Origin: an uncultured cyanobacterium
GTDB lineage: Bacteria; Cyanobacteriota; Cyanobacteriia; Cyanobacteriales; CAWUOF01
Direction: 5' to 3'
DNA: 64,000 nucleotides
Assembly (NCBI GenBank): GCA_963744145.1
Contig: CAVUSO010000001.1
Span: 5,888,001 to 5,952,000 of the forward strand
The notes beneath the pieces are model-generated. The model worked only from the letters and a program-made list of their open reading frames with translations. It made no database searches and was not told the origin of the DNA. This document shows, piece by piece, positions 1 through 10,548 of the stretch. Position 1 is the stretch's first letter. The number at the start of each line of letters is the position of its first letter. Both the position numbers and the translations under genes were made by a program.

Positions 1-665
1 ACCTTGAAGTTGGGTTTTTCAAAATCATGCTTGGGTACTTTACTAAATCGACTAATATCAAAATTGCTAGCCCGTAATCGAGCTTCACCGACATAGATTT
101 TATCAAAACGTTCTGATTCTGTGCTAATAAATTGGTTAAGATTTGGATAAAAACTTTGACCATCTCTGAGGGAAAGATTCACCGTCCAGATTTCTGCTAC
201 ACCATCGGGCACCATACATTTGAGGAATTTTTGGACTAGGACTATCACCCCATATTCTGGGTATTTATCTAAATATTCCTGAACTGTAAAAAGTTTTAGG
301 AGTGCATCACCATACAGATAATCTATACAACTGATGATGATCACATTTTGGCAATCTTTAAAAACTTCTTTAGAAATTTTTACTGCTTCAGTTTTAGGGT
401 TTTGAATTGATTGGAGAAACGGATTTCCCCACCACATTTTGCCAGCTTCATCACCAAACACTTTACCTTTGACTGGATCAATTGTATAGGGCCAAAACTT
501 AAAGTGACCGACTCTTAAATCATCGACAATTTCTGCTTGACACTGGTCGCATTTCGCTTGAGCGCAAACGTGCATTCCTTGCCATAATATCTGTTCAGTT
601 TTTAGTAATTTGTGACAATAAGGACAAGTCGGTTGATGTTGAATATTTGGTTTGATTTCGATCAT
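1..665 (-). CDS. Hypothetical protein, partial (runs off window start), probably polysaccharide-related
   Basis: Manual translation: ATG at 665 overlaps the flippase stop (ATGA); MIEIKPNIQHQPTCPYCHKLLKTEQILWQGMHVCAQAKCDQCQAE... stays open to base 1. Confidence 0.8.
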   Translation of the reverse strand, partial: MIEIKPNIQHQPTCPYCHKLLKTEQILWQGMHVCAQAKCDQCQAEIVDDLRVGHFKFWPYTIDPVKGKVFGDEAGKMWWGNPFLQSIQNPKTEAVKISKEVFKDCQNVIIISCIDYLYGDALLKLFTVQEYLDKYPEYGVIVLVQKFLKCMVPDGVAEIWTVNLSLRDGQSFYPNLNQFISTESERFDKIYVGEARLRASNFDISRFSKVPKHDFEKPNFK

Positions 666-2002
666 TTTACTAATCCTCTAATTCTGATTGCACTTTGGAA
701 AAAATTGAGGGAACGTAATATTAACATTCCCACAGGTCTCAATTCTGGAAACGCAAAATTTAGGGCGATATTGACGATAAAATAAGTAATTAGGGTGGCG
801 ATCGTTGCCCCCATTGCCCCATGAGTAGGAATCAAGAAATAGTTGAGAACTATATTCAGAATTGCCCCAATTGAATTTAAGTAAATTCCGTATGGTAATT
901 TACCCTCGATCACTAAGTAAGTATGTCTAGCTACACCATAATTAGCGCCAAATTGTGACCAGATATAGACGGTTAATATATTTGCTGAATCCACAAATGA
1001 GTGTCCCCAAGGGAGGACTATATAGGGAGCCAAAAATGTAATGGGAATAGCTACTAAGATCCATAACCATGACATAATATCAAAGTAGATTTGGAATCGT
1101 TCCATATATTCTTGTCTACTTTTTTCTTTCAACGCTGTGAGTTTAGGTAGAACTGATGGAGCGATGACCATGGGAAATAAGCCAAAAATCTCAGATATTT
1201 TGACAGCTACTGCATAAATACCAACTTCAGTTAAGTCTGTTCGCAAAGATCCCAACATAATTTGATCGATATAAGCATAAATATAATTAGCTAATCCTGC
1301 TAAGATTAACGGCACACTTTCCCGCAATAATACTATCGCTCTTGCCAGACTGAAAGACCAATCTTGAAAACTATTGCCTTTTTTTCGATAAACAAAAATT
1401 AATCCACAGGAGCTACAAACTACTTCTGCTGATCTTACCCAAGCAAAGGCTCTGACTTTGGCTTTAATCGCAATCAATCCAATTCGGACAAAAGCATTGA
1501 AGAAATAACCAACGTTTTTGGCAAAAACTGTATATTTGGCTTGGAGCTGGGATTGAAACCAATAGTCAACTACATTAAAAGCTTGAAAGATACTACCCCC
1601 AGCGATAATTGCGACTAGCCAGATTAATTCCTGCTCATCCGGTTTGAGCAAAGAAATTATCGAAATAGTTAAAAATACTGTTAAAAGTCCACCCAGAATT
1701 TGGAGTGCAAAAGCTGTACCGAGAGTTTCATTTTTGCAATTAGGATCACGGGAAATATCACGGATTACTAGGACATCTATTCCTCCTAACCCGGTAATTC
1801 CGGTGAATAGAGATACAAAAGTCAAGGCATAATTAAGCTTACCGAATTCTGCTGCTTTCAGATGACGCGCAACAGCAATCCCAATGAATAAGCCTAGAGC
1901 TAGCTGTAACATTTTGTCAGTAAACAGCCAAGCTGAATTAGCCATTACTTGGCGTAATCCAGGACCAATCCTTTCCCTGAGCGCAGCTAGTTTTTTAAAC
2001 AT
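662..2002 (-). CDS. wzx: Wzx-type polysaccharide flippase (MOP family)
   Basis: 446 aa multi-TM protein, NSAWLF..ARHL..EFG and VGIYAVA..ISE motifs, EPS context. Confidence 0.88.
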   Translation of the reverse strand: MFKKLAALRERIGPGLRQVMANSAWLFTDKMLQLALGLFIGIAVARHLKAAEFGKLNYALTFVSLFTGITGLGGIDVLVIRDISRDPNCKNETLGTAFALQILGGLLTVFLTISIISLLKPDEQELIWLVAIIAGGSIFQAFNVVDYWFQSQLQAKYTVFAKNVGYFFNAFVRIGLIAIKAKVRAFAWVRSAEVVCSSCGLIFVYRKKGNSFQDWSFSLARAIVLLRESVPLILAGLANYIYAYIDQIMLGSLRTDLTEVGIYAVAVKISEIFGLFPMVIAPSVLPKLTALKEKSRQEYMERFQIYFDIMSWLWILVAIPITFLAPYIVLPWGHSFVDSANILTVYIWSQFGANYGVARHTYLVIEGKLPYGIYLNSIGAILNIVLNYFLIPTHGAMGATIATLITYFIVNIALNFAFPELRPVGMLILRSLNFFQSAIRIRGLVK

Positions 2003-2206
2003 TAGCAGGATTTAATTTTTTCATAAAGCTGTTCCCTTTTTAACCCAGTTAGTAGCTAAGATCAACCTGATTCACTAAACTTCATCTATATATCTTTGCA
2101 TAACTCATCATCAAGCCAGACTTTTCCGGAAACTACAACGGTATTTTTTGATTTTCCTGGCTCTTGATGATTAGCTGGCCAAAAACAGGCCCGTGATCAC
2201 TGTGAA

Positions 2207-3637
2207 TTAATCGCGCCATTGCGATCGCATATCTTGTAAGGTTTGGAGTGAATTGACTGGTGGTGGTTTGGGTTTTTGATTTTGCTCATCAAATTTTTCT
2301 CCTTCCAAGCATAATCGGGCTTTGAGCATAGCATAAAAAATCCAATAGTTGGTGAGGTTACTGAGTCCAGTTTCAGTGATATTTGTGAGAACACTCCAGA
2401 CTAAAACAACTATGGGTAAGACTGCTTCTGGGTTATTGTTCCGAATCAAACACTGGGTAGCTTGATAAACACTAATTACCATGGAAATAATATATAAACT
2501 TAATCCTAGCCAACCTAGATCTAGAGATAGATCTAAAAAACCATTATGAGAGTGCATCGGAATAAATTTGCCGAGTTTTGGTACTCTAATTGGTGCTGCT
2601 GGATTATCTGGACCTAGCCATGGTTGCCAAAATCCGTGATATCCATATCCTAGCACTGGTTCCCGATTGATCTCATTGACAATTAGTGGCCAGAATAATG
2701 TGCGTCCAGTTAATGTCATATCTTTGCCGAGTTTTTCGACAATAATATATTCGGCATTATTGACAATTACAATGGTTAAACTAACTCCAATTGCTAGGAA
2801 AAATGCCATCGCTGCAAACGCCCATCTCGGACTAAAACGTTTCACAAATTGGATAAATATTAATAGAGCAATCATCACCAATAATAATACTCTTCCCATC
2901 CCGCTACTAGCTTTAGTGATTGAAGCGGCTGCGATCAAAGCTATCATTAGGAAAAAGAATTTTTGTTGTGGTTTTCGCACTGATTGAATGTAGGCTAATG
3001 TGGCACCTAAACCCATCTCAAAAGCGAAGGCGTTTTTATGCCCAAATACCCCATTCCAAGGTCCAGCGATCGCTCCGATTGATGGTTTGGCAACTGCATA
3101 AAATAAACTCCCTAAAATCATCACTGCGTGAATACAGAAAAATAAATCAAACAGTTGATCTAATTTATATTGCTTTCCCACATAAATATAAAATATTGTT
3201 GTTAATAATAAAACTATTCCACCTTTGAGAGCTAGTTCCAAGTCGGTAGCCCACATAAAAGATAAGGTATATTCTAAAATCAATAGAAAATAAAAAGGAT
3301 CTTTTTTAATAATTAATGAGATCGTATATATTAATCCTTTCATGCTAGAGCGCAGTCGGGAATAGGTAAATAAAATGCAGAGTGCATATACCCCTAATTG
3401 CATGACGAGCGATGGCAATTTTTTCGCCCGATCATAAATAACTTCTGGATCGAATTTAGGTAAGGACCAGACCAAAACATGACTGATTGCTAGACTTAAC
3501 AGCACTACATATATGAATTCTAATAAGGCTGACATTTTACTATTTTTATTAAAAGTATGAAAAAATAGTAAAAAATAAATGACCCCAAACGAGATCAGGA
3601 ACATTAGTATAAAAGGATTAGCCAGTAATTCTTGCAT
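2207..3637 (-). CDS. O-antigen ligase / Wzy polymerase family protein
   Basis: Multi-TM; GVFGHKN, LTGRT.FW, GYG, HSHNGFLD motifs. Confidence 0.85.
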   Translation of the reverse strand: MQELLANPFILMFLISFGVIYFLLFFHTFNKNSKMSALLEFIYVVLLSLAISHVLVWSLPKFDPEVIYDRAKKLPSLVMQLGVYALCILFTYSRLRSSMKGLIYTISLIIKKDPFYFLLILEYTLSFMWATDLELALKGGIVLLLTTIFYIYVGKQYKLDQLFDLFFCIHAVMILGSLFYAVAKPSIGAIAGPWNGVFGHKNAFAFEMGLGATLAYIQSVRKPQQKFFFLMIALIAAASITKASSGMGRVLLLVMIALLIFIQFVKRFSPRWAFAAMAFFLAIGVSLTIVIVNNAEYIIVEKLGKDMTLTGRTLFWPLIVNEINREPVLGYGYHGFWQPWLGPDNPAAPIRVPKLGKFIPMHSHNGFLDLSLDLGWLGLSLYIISMVISVYQATQCLIRNNNPEAVLPIVVLVWSVLTNITETGLSNLTNYWIFYAMLKARLCLEGEKFDEQNQKPKPPPVNSLQTLQDMRSQWRD

Positions 3638-3946
3638 ATCAGGTTTAAATCAAGGATATTTGGAAAAAATTAGCTCATTAAATTATGTTATGATAAATTT
3701 AACAGCTAGCGCCGCACGGTGGACGAATGCTGGTACTCCTCTATTTGTTCAATATAGCAGCAAATAAATTTACCAAATTGGCAGATTGTAAAGATTTGAT
3801 AAAGTTAACGAAAAAAAAATTAAAAAAGCGGGCAAAAATGGCGCTAAACCAATATTAATCTAAAATCTAGATCCAGGTTAAACTGCTAGTGACAATCAGT
3901 GATCAGCCAGCTTAAATTAAAAGTAGATTAAGAAATTAGGGAAGCC

Positions 3947-5470
3947 ATGAAACTGACCGTTTGCTTGGGAAAAAGTAATCAGCTAGTCAGAGCGATCGCC
4001 ATAGCATGGACAATAGTGATTACTTGTCCATCAGTTATGCAAGCGCAGCAATCCAGTGAAGGGTTGCTACCTCCACCCTTACCACCAGGACTATCACCCG
4101 CATCGACACCAATCACCCAACCGCTCACACCAGTGGATTCATCAGCAACAGCCTATGCTTTAGGAGGGGGAGATAATATTCGGATCGATATTTTAGAAGT
4201 ACCTCAATATAGTGGAGCTTATCTAATTCCCGCTGATGGGGCAATATCTTTACCCTTAGTTGGTCGGATTCAACTCCAAGGGCTAACCATCGAGCAAGCA
4301 TCCCAAACTATTTCTAATGCTTATAAGGAATTTCTCAACTATCCGGTAGTAACCGTAACTTTAGTTACACCGCGTCCGATTAATATTTTAGTGGCTGGAG
4401 AAGTAAATCGTCCTGGTTCTTACGCGATCGCTTTGAATCCAGGGGTCGGAAACGCTCCTGGGGTTCAGTATCCGACGATTACACAAGCGATCGAAAAAGC
4501 TGGAGGAATTACCCTGACAGCAGAGATGAGAAAAATTGAACTTCGACGACAGAGATTATCAGGGACGCTGATCATCAAGGTTGACTTAAGGAAAATGCTA
4601 GAGACAGGCGATCGCACTCAAGACGTTTTACTCCAAGATGGAGACTCGATCTTCATTCCCACTTTAACTAACGTCAACATCGCCGAAACCCGCAAAGTAG
4701 CAACCTCTAGTTTTTCAGCCGGACCCGATACACCCAGGACCGTAGCTGTAGTGGGAGAGGTTACTCATCCAGGTTCCTATGTGATCGTAGGAGGTAATAC
4801 CGGAAACGATCAAAGTAGGGCTGGTTTACCAACCGTAACCCGAGCGCTACAACTAGCGGGAGGAGTCAAACCATTAGCAAATCTGCGCCAAATTCAAGTG
4901 CGTCGCATCAATAAAGCTAATACTGAACAAATTATTACCGTAAATCTCTGGCAACTATTGCAAATCGGAGATTTCAGTCAAGATGCAGTATTACAAGATG
5001 GGGATACCATCATCGTTCCTACGATTAAAGAAATCAACCCAGTTGAAGCAGCGACCACCGCAGCATCAACTTTTGCTTCAGGTAAGATGACAGTTTATGT
5101 AGTCGGAGAAGCGGGCCGAGCTGCCTATGCCCAGATATCCTTAGATGTACCGACTAATACTCCCCTCAACCAAGTTTTACTAGCATCAGGGGGTTTTAAC
5201 ACTCGCGCTGACCGAGAAGAGGTAGAACTAATTAGGCTTAACCCCAATGGGACAGTGGCTAGACGCAAGGTAAAAGTTGATTTTAGCCAAGGAATTAATG
5301 AGAAAACCAATCCGATCATGCAAAGTAACGACATTATCCTCGTTTCCCGTTCCACTCAAGCTGCTTTTTATGATCAAGCATCACTAACCATTAATGGGAT
5401 TGGTCTATATCGTCCCTTACTCCAAGGTGTAGAGGATATTTTTACCATTTTTGGCCTGATTTTTCCTTAA
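3947..5470 (+). CDS. Wza-like polysaccharide export protein with SLBB repeats
   Basis: Signal peptide, Pro-rich linker, Y.LGGGD.I..DG.ISLPLVG domain, repeated V.GEV..PG and LQDGD motifs. Confidence 0.9.
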   Translation: MKLTVCLGKSNQLVRAIAIAWTIVITCPSVMQAQQSSEGLLPPPLPPGLSPASTPITQPLTPVDSSATAYALGGGDNIRIDILEVPQYSGAYLIPADGAISLPLVGRIQLQGLTIEQASQTISNAYKEFLNYPVVTVTLVTPRPINILVAGEVNRPGSYAIALNPGVGNAPGVQYPTITQAIEKAGGITLTAEMRKIELRRQRLSGTLIIKVDLRKMLETGDRTQDVLLQDGDSIFIPTLTNVNIAETRKVATSSFSAGPDTPRTVAVVGEVTHPGSYVIVGGNTGNDQSRAGLPTVTRALQLAGGVKPLANLRQIQVRRINKANTEQIITVNLWQLLQIGDFSQDAVLQDGDTIIVPTIKEINPVEAATTAASTFASGKMTVYVVGEAGRAAYAQISLDVPTNTPLNQVLLASGGFNTRADREEVELIRLNPNGTVARRKVKVDFSQGINEKTNPIMQSNDIILVSRSTQAAFYDQASLTINGIGLYRPLLQGVEDIFTIFGLIFP

Positions 5471-5700
5471 AACCATTAACCTATTACTGATGCAATCTCA
5501 GGAAAATACGATTAAAATTATAAGGAAATCTGCCAATATCCCAATTAAAGAAGTCAAGTTGCTCATCTGAGTCTTCCATGACCCAAATTATTAGTAAACA
5601 CTTGGAGACTTTACCAATACCGATCAACACCTAGCTAAGATGGAAAATTTGACCAGTATTTCTGGGAAACAAGTCAACTACAAAAATCTTCTGAACTAAA

Positions 5701-7953
5701 ATGGATACTGAATACGATTTTCAATCATTTTCCAATAAAAATAGCGGCAAATTATCCCAGACTCTACCTGCTACCTACCAAGGGGGCACAGATGAAAATG
5801 CTGGACAGACCGTCGATATTGCTTGGGTCTTTGCTGTTTTTCGCCGTCGGATCTTAGTGATGCTAGGAGTGATGATCGGGATCTTGGTGTCATCAGGAGC
5901 GATCATCATCTGGAGTGCTAGTCGCATTAAACCAGAATATGAAGGTTTTTTTGGCCTATTAGTTGAACCTGTAACTGCTGATAATTTAGCCGCCAAACAA
6001 TTTGTTAATGCTCAAAGTCAAGGAATAGACATTCAAAAAATTGATGTAGAAAGATCAAGTTCGTTAGACTATGAAACTCAAATTCGAGTTTTACAAAGTC
6101 CGCAGCAAATGGAACCAATATTTAATCAAATAAAAGCTAAATATCCAACTGTTACCTATGATATGATGATGGCATCTTTAAATATTCAGCGCGTTACATT
6201 TACTAAAGATGCTGCTACAATTGGGACAAAAATTTTAGAAGTTTCTTACCGAGATAAAGACCCAGATATGATCGAGTATGTTTTGAAAATTATTGCCAAT
6301 GCTTATCTAGACTATAGTTTTCAAGAACGTCTAAAAAATTTAAAAAATGGGATTGATTTTATTGATGAGCAATTGCCAACCCTTCAGCAAAAAGTAGATA
6401 CACTACAAAGGGAATTGCAGATATTAAGAGAACAATATCATATAGATGATCCATCAGTAGCATGGCGCGTTCTGGCTGATGGAGTGATGTCAATTAAAGA
6501 GAAAGGCTTAGAGGTAAAAGGAGAGATTGACCAAAATAAAAATCTCTATGATTATATGCAAAAAGAATTACAAGCTGGAAATACTTACTCAATTTTTTCC
6601 ACAGATGTAATGAAACTTAATGAAACAACTTTGGGAGAAATTCAGCGACTAGATACTCAAATTGCAGCTACAGCAGCGCAATTCCGGGAAAGTAGTCCTC
6701 CCATGCAAGTTCTGCGGGCTAAACAAGAAAAGATGAAAAAATTGCTTGATCTACAAGCAGAAAGTTCTCTCAAAAATTTGGATGGCAGAATTAAATCGCT
6801 ACAAGAGCGTTATCAAACAATTGAGCAAAGCGAAAATAAACTGAATCAACAACTAGAAGACTTACCCCTAGTGACTCGAAAATATACAGATATCCAACGA
6901 GAATTAGGTGTTGCTACCGATAACTTAAAAGAATTTTTAACCAAGAAATCAGCGTTGAGACTCGATTCAGCTCAACAGCTAGCACCTTGGGAATTAATTG
7001 AAAAACCAAGTCTGAGAAGAGATTTACATGGTAAGTTAATTCCTACTACCCAAACTCAAACGAAGAAAAATTTAGCGATCGTCGCGGTATTAAGCATACT
7101 ATTGGGAATAGGAGTAGGATTCTTAGTGGAAGTTCTCAACACCGTATTCCACACTCCAGAAGAGGTGAAAAATACCACGAAATTGCCGTTGTTAGGAGTA
7201 ATTCCCTTTGCGAAAGAACTCAGAAAATATCAATCCCGTCAAAAAGCTACTTCAGTCCCAGCAGTAACCGGATTACCGAAATTAAGTAGTCGGACAATGG
7301 TACAGGAAAATGCAATTAGTAATCCCCCCCCCAGTCATAAACCATCATTTTGGGAAGCTTTCCGCTCGCTCCATACCAATATCCGATTATTAAGTCCAGA
7401 TCGTCCTTTCCAATCCTTGGTGATTGGTTCAGCTGGTCCGGAAGATGGTAAAACCACGATCGCCATTTATTTGGCTCTCACCGCAGCCGCGATTGGTCAG
7501 CGGGTATTATTGGTAGACTCAGACTTGCGTCATCCCAAAGTCCATCAAAAATTAGGTTTACCCAATAATCAAGGACTAAGTGATGCGATCGCGACAGATT
7601 TAAGTCTTAATGATGCCATCCAGCGATCGACCTGGGAAGATAATCTCTTTGTCTTAACTTCTGGAACTGTTCCTTCCGATCCAGTGAAACTACTTTCATC
7701 AAAAAAGATGCTCTATCTGATGGAACAGTTTCAAGCCTTTTTCGACTTGGTAATTTACGACACCCCTCCCCTAGCAGCTTTAGCTGATGGTAGTATTTTA
7801 GCTGCCCATACCAATGGGATTATTCTGACCGTAGGACTCGAAGCTACAGATCGTTCCATGTTAATTAGTGCTTTAGAGGGATTAAAAATTTCTGGTGCCA
7901 CAGTTTTAGGTATAGTAGCTAATGGCGTTAAGGGGTATAACCCTAATGCCTAG
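5701..7953 (+). CDS. Wzc/GumC-like polysaccharide co-polymerase with tyrosine autokinase domain
   Basis: Two TM segments around a coiled coil; EAFRSL, GPEDGKTT Walker A, VDSDLR, YDTPP. Confidence 0.9.
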   Translation: MDTEYDFQSFSNKNSGKLSQTLPATYQGGTDENAGQTVDIAWVFAVFRRRILVMLGVMIGILVSSGAIIIWSASRIKPEYEGFFGLLVEPVTADNLAAKQFVNAQSQGIDIQKIDVERSSSLDYETQIRVLQSPQQMEPIFNQIKAKYPTVTYDMMMASLNIQRVTFTKDAATIGTKILEVSYRDKDPDMIEYVLKIIANAYLDYSFQERLKNLKNGIDFIDEQLPTLQQKVDTLQRELQILREQYHIDDPSVAWRVLADGVMSIKEKGLEVKGEIDQNKNLYDYMQKELQAGNTYSIFSTDVMKLNETTLGEIQRLDTQIAATAAQFRESSPPMQVLRAKQEKMKKLLDLQAESSLKNLDGRIKSLQERYQTIEQSENKLNQQLEDLPLVTRKYTDIQRELGVATDNLKEFLTKKSALRLDSAQQLAPWELIEKPSLRRDLHGKLIPTTQTQTKKNLAIVAVLSILLGIGVGFLVEVLNTVFHTPEEVKNTTKLPLLGVIPFAKELRKYQSRQKATSVPAVTGLPKLSSRTMVQENAISNPPPSHKPSFWEAFRSLHTNIRLLSPDRPFQSLVIGSAGPEDGKTTIAIYLALTAAAIGQRVLLVDSDLRHPKVHQKLGLPNNQGLSDAIATDLSLNDAIQRSTWEDNLFVLTSGTVPSDPVKLLSSKKMLYLMEQFQAFFDLVIYDTPPLAALADGSILAAHTNGIILTVGLEATDRSMLISALEGLKISGATVLGIVANGVKGYNPNA

Positions 7954-9709
7954 ATATCAAAGAGGATTACCGCAATGGCGATCGCTAAGACAGGTGCTCT
8001 TAATCATGACGCTGGGGAGTGCGATCTTATCCTCAGCACCAGTCTTAGCTGCTCAAAAATTGATCTTGCGGGTGGGTTTTTTAGAACAGTCGGTCTCGAT
8101 TAGCGATTTAGAAGATTTTGTTTTAACTGGTAAAATTTCCCGTGAACTCAAACCCTACTCATCTCTACTCACCCCACAAGTGCGCCAAATGTTGGGAGGA
8201 AAATTACAACTAGACCCAAAACGCACTAACCAACTGGTTGCTGATTTACTCCATTCTCCTACAGGCGATCGCCTAGTGAAAACTCTCGGTGTGGTAATTC
8301 CTAATAGCACCATAGAGCAAATCCAAGCAGGGATATCCCTAGCAATGCGCCAAGCTAATGGTCTGAACGCGATTAACTTTTTCAAAGCTTATCCAGCAGA
8401 AAATATTACTATTGATATCTCTTCAGCGATCGCTGTTGGTTCTCGACTCAACCTTCCTTACTGGCAAACCCAAGCACTTAGTCCCTTACTCCAGCGCGAG
8501 CTGGTTGAATCTAGTCCTCCTTTTCATCCCACCTTTGACCCCGCTGCCCCTGGTCCAATGGTAGTCCAGCAACAAACACTGATTTTGTCAGATCAAAAAC
8601 GTCACCGATCGCTTCCGGTTGATATCTACTGGGGTAGTGATCGTCAAGCACTCAAAGCAGAACCGTCCCGGGAAAACACTCAACCTTTAATTGTGATCTC
8701 CCATGGATTTGCTGCCGATCGAAAATTTCTGAGCTATTTAGCAGTTCATTTAGCTTCCTATGGATTTACCGTAGCAGCAATTGAACATCCCGGTAGTAAT
8801 GGTTCTTGGTTATCTTCCGCAGGAATTAGCGGTAAACCAACTGATTTCGTCCCCACCAATGAATTTATTGATCGACCCAAAGATATTAGCTGGTTATTAG
8901 ATGAACTGGCAAAATTAAATCAACAACCAGGTGAATTACAAGGAAAACTTCATACTGAACAAGTCAGCGTGATCGGTCATTCTTTGGGTGGTTATACAGC
9001 TTTAGCTTTAGCTGGAGCTGAGTTAGATCTCAAGGAATTACGACAGTTTTGTCAAAAGCCCTTACCCATCGGACAAGCAGTCGGAGATTGGATTCAATGT
9101 GCAGCAGCTCAATTACCAGAAGAGAAAGTTAATCTTAGAGATGAACGAATTGTTAGTGCGATCGCACTTAATCCGCTCATTGGAAACTTATTTGGTGCCC
9201 ATGGCATGGCCCAGATTAATATCCCAATTTTAATTTTATCAGGAACTGAAGATGTAGTTACACCAGCATTAAACCATCAACTACGACCTTTTGCTCAATT
9301 GAAAGCTAATAAATACCTATTAACAGCGATCGGTAGCACCCATTTGAGTGTGGGTACACCCTTAAAACCGGATCATCAAATTACAGATAACAATCAGATT
9401 GCTGTGGTGGAAAATATGGTTCTCAATGAACGTAGAGGACAAGAAACTGAACCATTACGTCAACTACTCAGAGGTGTGAGTTTAGCATTTATCAAACAAT
9501 TAACTCCAGAAGCAAAAATTTATCAACCATTTTTAACCTCTGCTTATGCTCAATCTCTATCAACCCCAGAAATACCGCTACGTTTAAATTCAGAATTACC
9601 ACAAGGTCTGAATAATTGGCTCCAAATTACTGCTGGTTTTCCACTACTATCCTTAGTTCAAACTAACCAGTTGACCCTATTACTGAGGAAAAACCAGCCT
9701 CGATTATAA
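7946..9709 (+). CDS. DUF1400 + alpha/beta hydrolase
   Basis: ISHG, IEHPGS and GHSLGG nucleophile elbow; start chosen at ATG 7946 (ORF open from 7922). Confidence 0.8.
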   Translation: MPRYQRGLPQWRSLRQVLLIMTLGSAILSSAPVLAAQKLILRVGFLEQSVSISDLEDFVLTGKISRELKPYSSLLTPQVRQMLGGKLQLDPKRTNQLVADLLHSPTGDRLVKTLGVVIPNSTIEQIQAGISLAMRQANGLNAINFFKAYPAENITIDISSAIAVGSRLNLPYWQTQALSPLLQRELVESSPPFHPTFDPAAPGPMVVQQQTLILSDQKRHRSLPVDIYWGSDRQALKAEPSRENTQPLIVISHGFAADRKFLSYLAVHLASYGFTVAAIEHPGSNGSWLSSAGISGKPTDFVPTNEFIDRPKDISWLLDELAKLNQQPGELQGKLHTEQVSVIGHSLGGYTALALAGAELDLKELRQFCQKPLPIGQAVGDWIQCAAAQLPEEKVNLRDERIVSAIALNPLIGNLFGAHGMAQINIPILILSGTEDVVTPALNHQLRPFAQLKANKYLLTAIGSTHLSVGTPLKPDHQITDNNQIAVVENMVLNERRGQETEPLRQLLRGVSLAFIKQLTPEAKIYQPFLTSAYAQSLSTPEIPLRLNSELPQGLNNWLQITAGFPLLSLVQTNQLTLLLRKNQPRL

Positions 9710-9714
9710 AAATT

Positions 9715-10548
9715 ATGGAGTTAATTCTAGCAGTATTTTTGATTTTATTAACGATGAGCATAATTTTTGGCAGTACTAGTGCTGTGAAAATTATTAACGA
9801 AGGTAATGAAGCTATAGTAGAACGTTTCCATCGATATAACCGTACCCTAAAACCAGGAATTCATTTAGTTATTCCGCTGGTTGAAAAAATCGTCTTTCAA
9901 GATACCTTACGGGAAATAATATTAGAAATTAAACCCCAGCATTTTATCACTAATGATAATGTTTATGTAGAAATAGAATCAATAGCCTATTGGCGGATTT
10001 TCAATATTGAAAGAGCTTATTATGATATTCCTGATATTGAAGAAACTTTGGGAACAGCAATTTTAACAATGCTTCGTCCTGTAATCAACCAAAAGAAACT
10101 AGCGGAGATATTAGCAGATACAGATAAAATCAATAAAGAGCTTTTAAAAATATTAGACCCCGTGACCAGTAATTGGGGAATTAAAGTATTGAGAGTAGAA
10201 TTTCGGAATATTAAACCACCCCCTGGTATTTTGGAATCAATCAAGCAAGCTAGATTAGCGGATATTAAAAAACAAGCTGAAATTTTAGCAGCTGAAAGCA
10301 CTGTTAAATCATTGGAACTGATTTCTAAAGCTCTGATGAATCAACCAAATGGAAAAGAAGTATTACAATATCTTCTTGCTCAAAAATATTTAGAAGCAAC
10401 TCAAAAATTAGGTGAGAGCCCTAATGCAAAAATTCTTTTTATGGACCCGAAAATGTGGTCAGAAACCCTAGATTCCTTAATCCATTCTATCCCCAAGGAA
10501 ACACCTGAACCACCATCAAATCCTCCACCTAATCCAGAATCAAAGTGA
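9715..10548 (+). CDS. SPFH/band 7 (stomatin-like) protein
   Basis: N-terminal TM, IVERF..Y.RTL.PG, WGIKV.RVE. Confidence 0.88.
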   Translation: MELILAVFLILLTMSIIFGSTSAVKIINEGNEAIVERFHRYNRTLKPGIHLVIPLVEKIVFQDTLREIILEIKPQHFITNDNVYVEIESIAYWRIFNIERAYYDIPDIEETLGTAILTMLRPVINQKKLAEILADTDKINKELLKILDPVTSNWGIKVLRVEFRNIKPPPGILESIKQARLADIKKQAEILAAESTVKSLELISKALMNQPNGKEVLQYLLAQKYLEATQKLGESPNAKILFMDPKMWSETLDSLIHSIPKETPEPPSNPPPNPESK

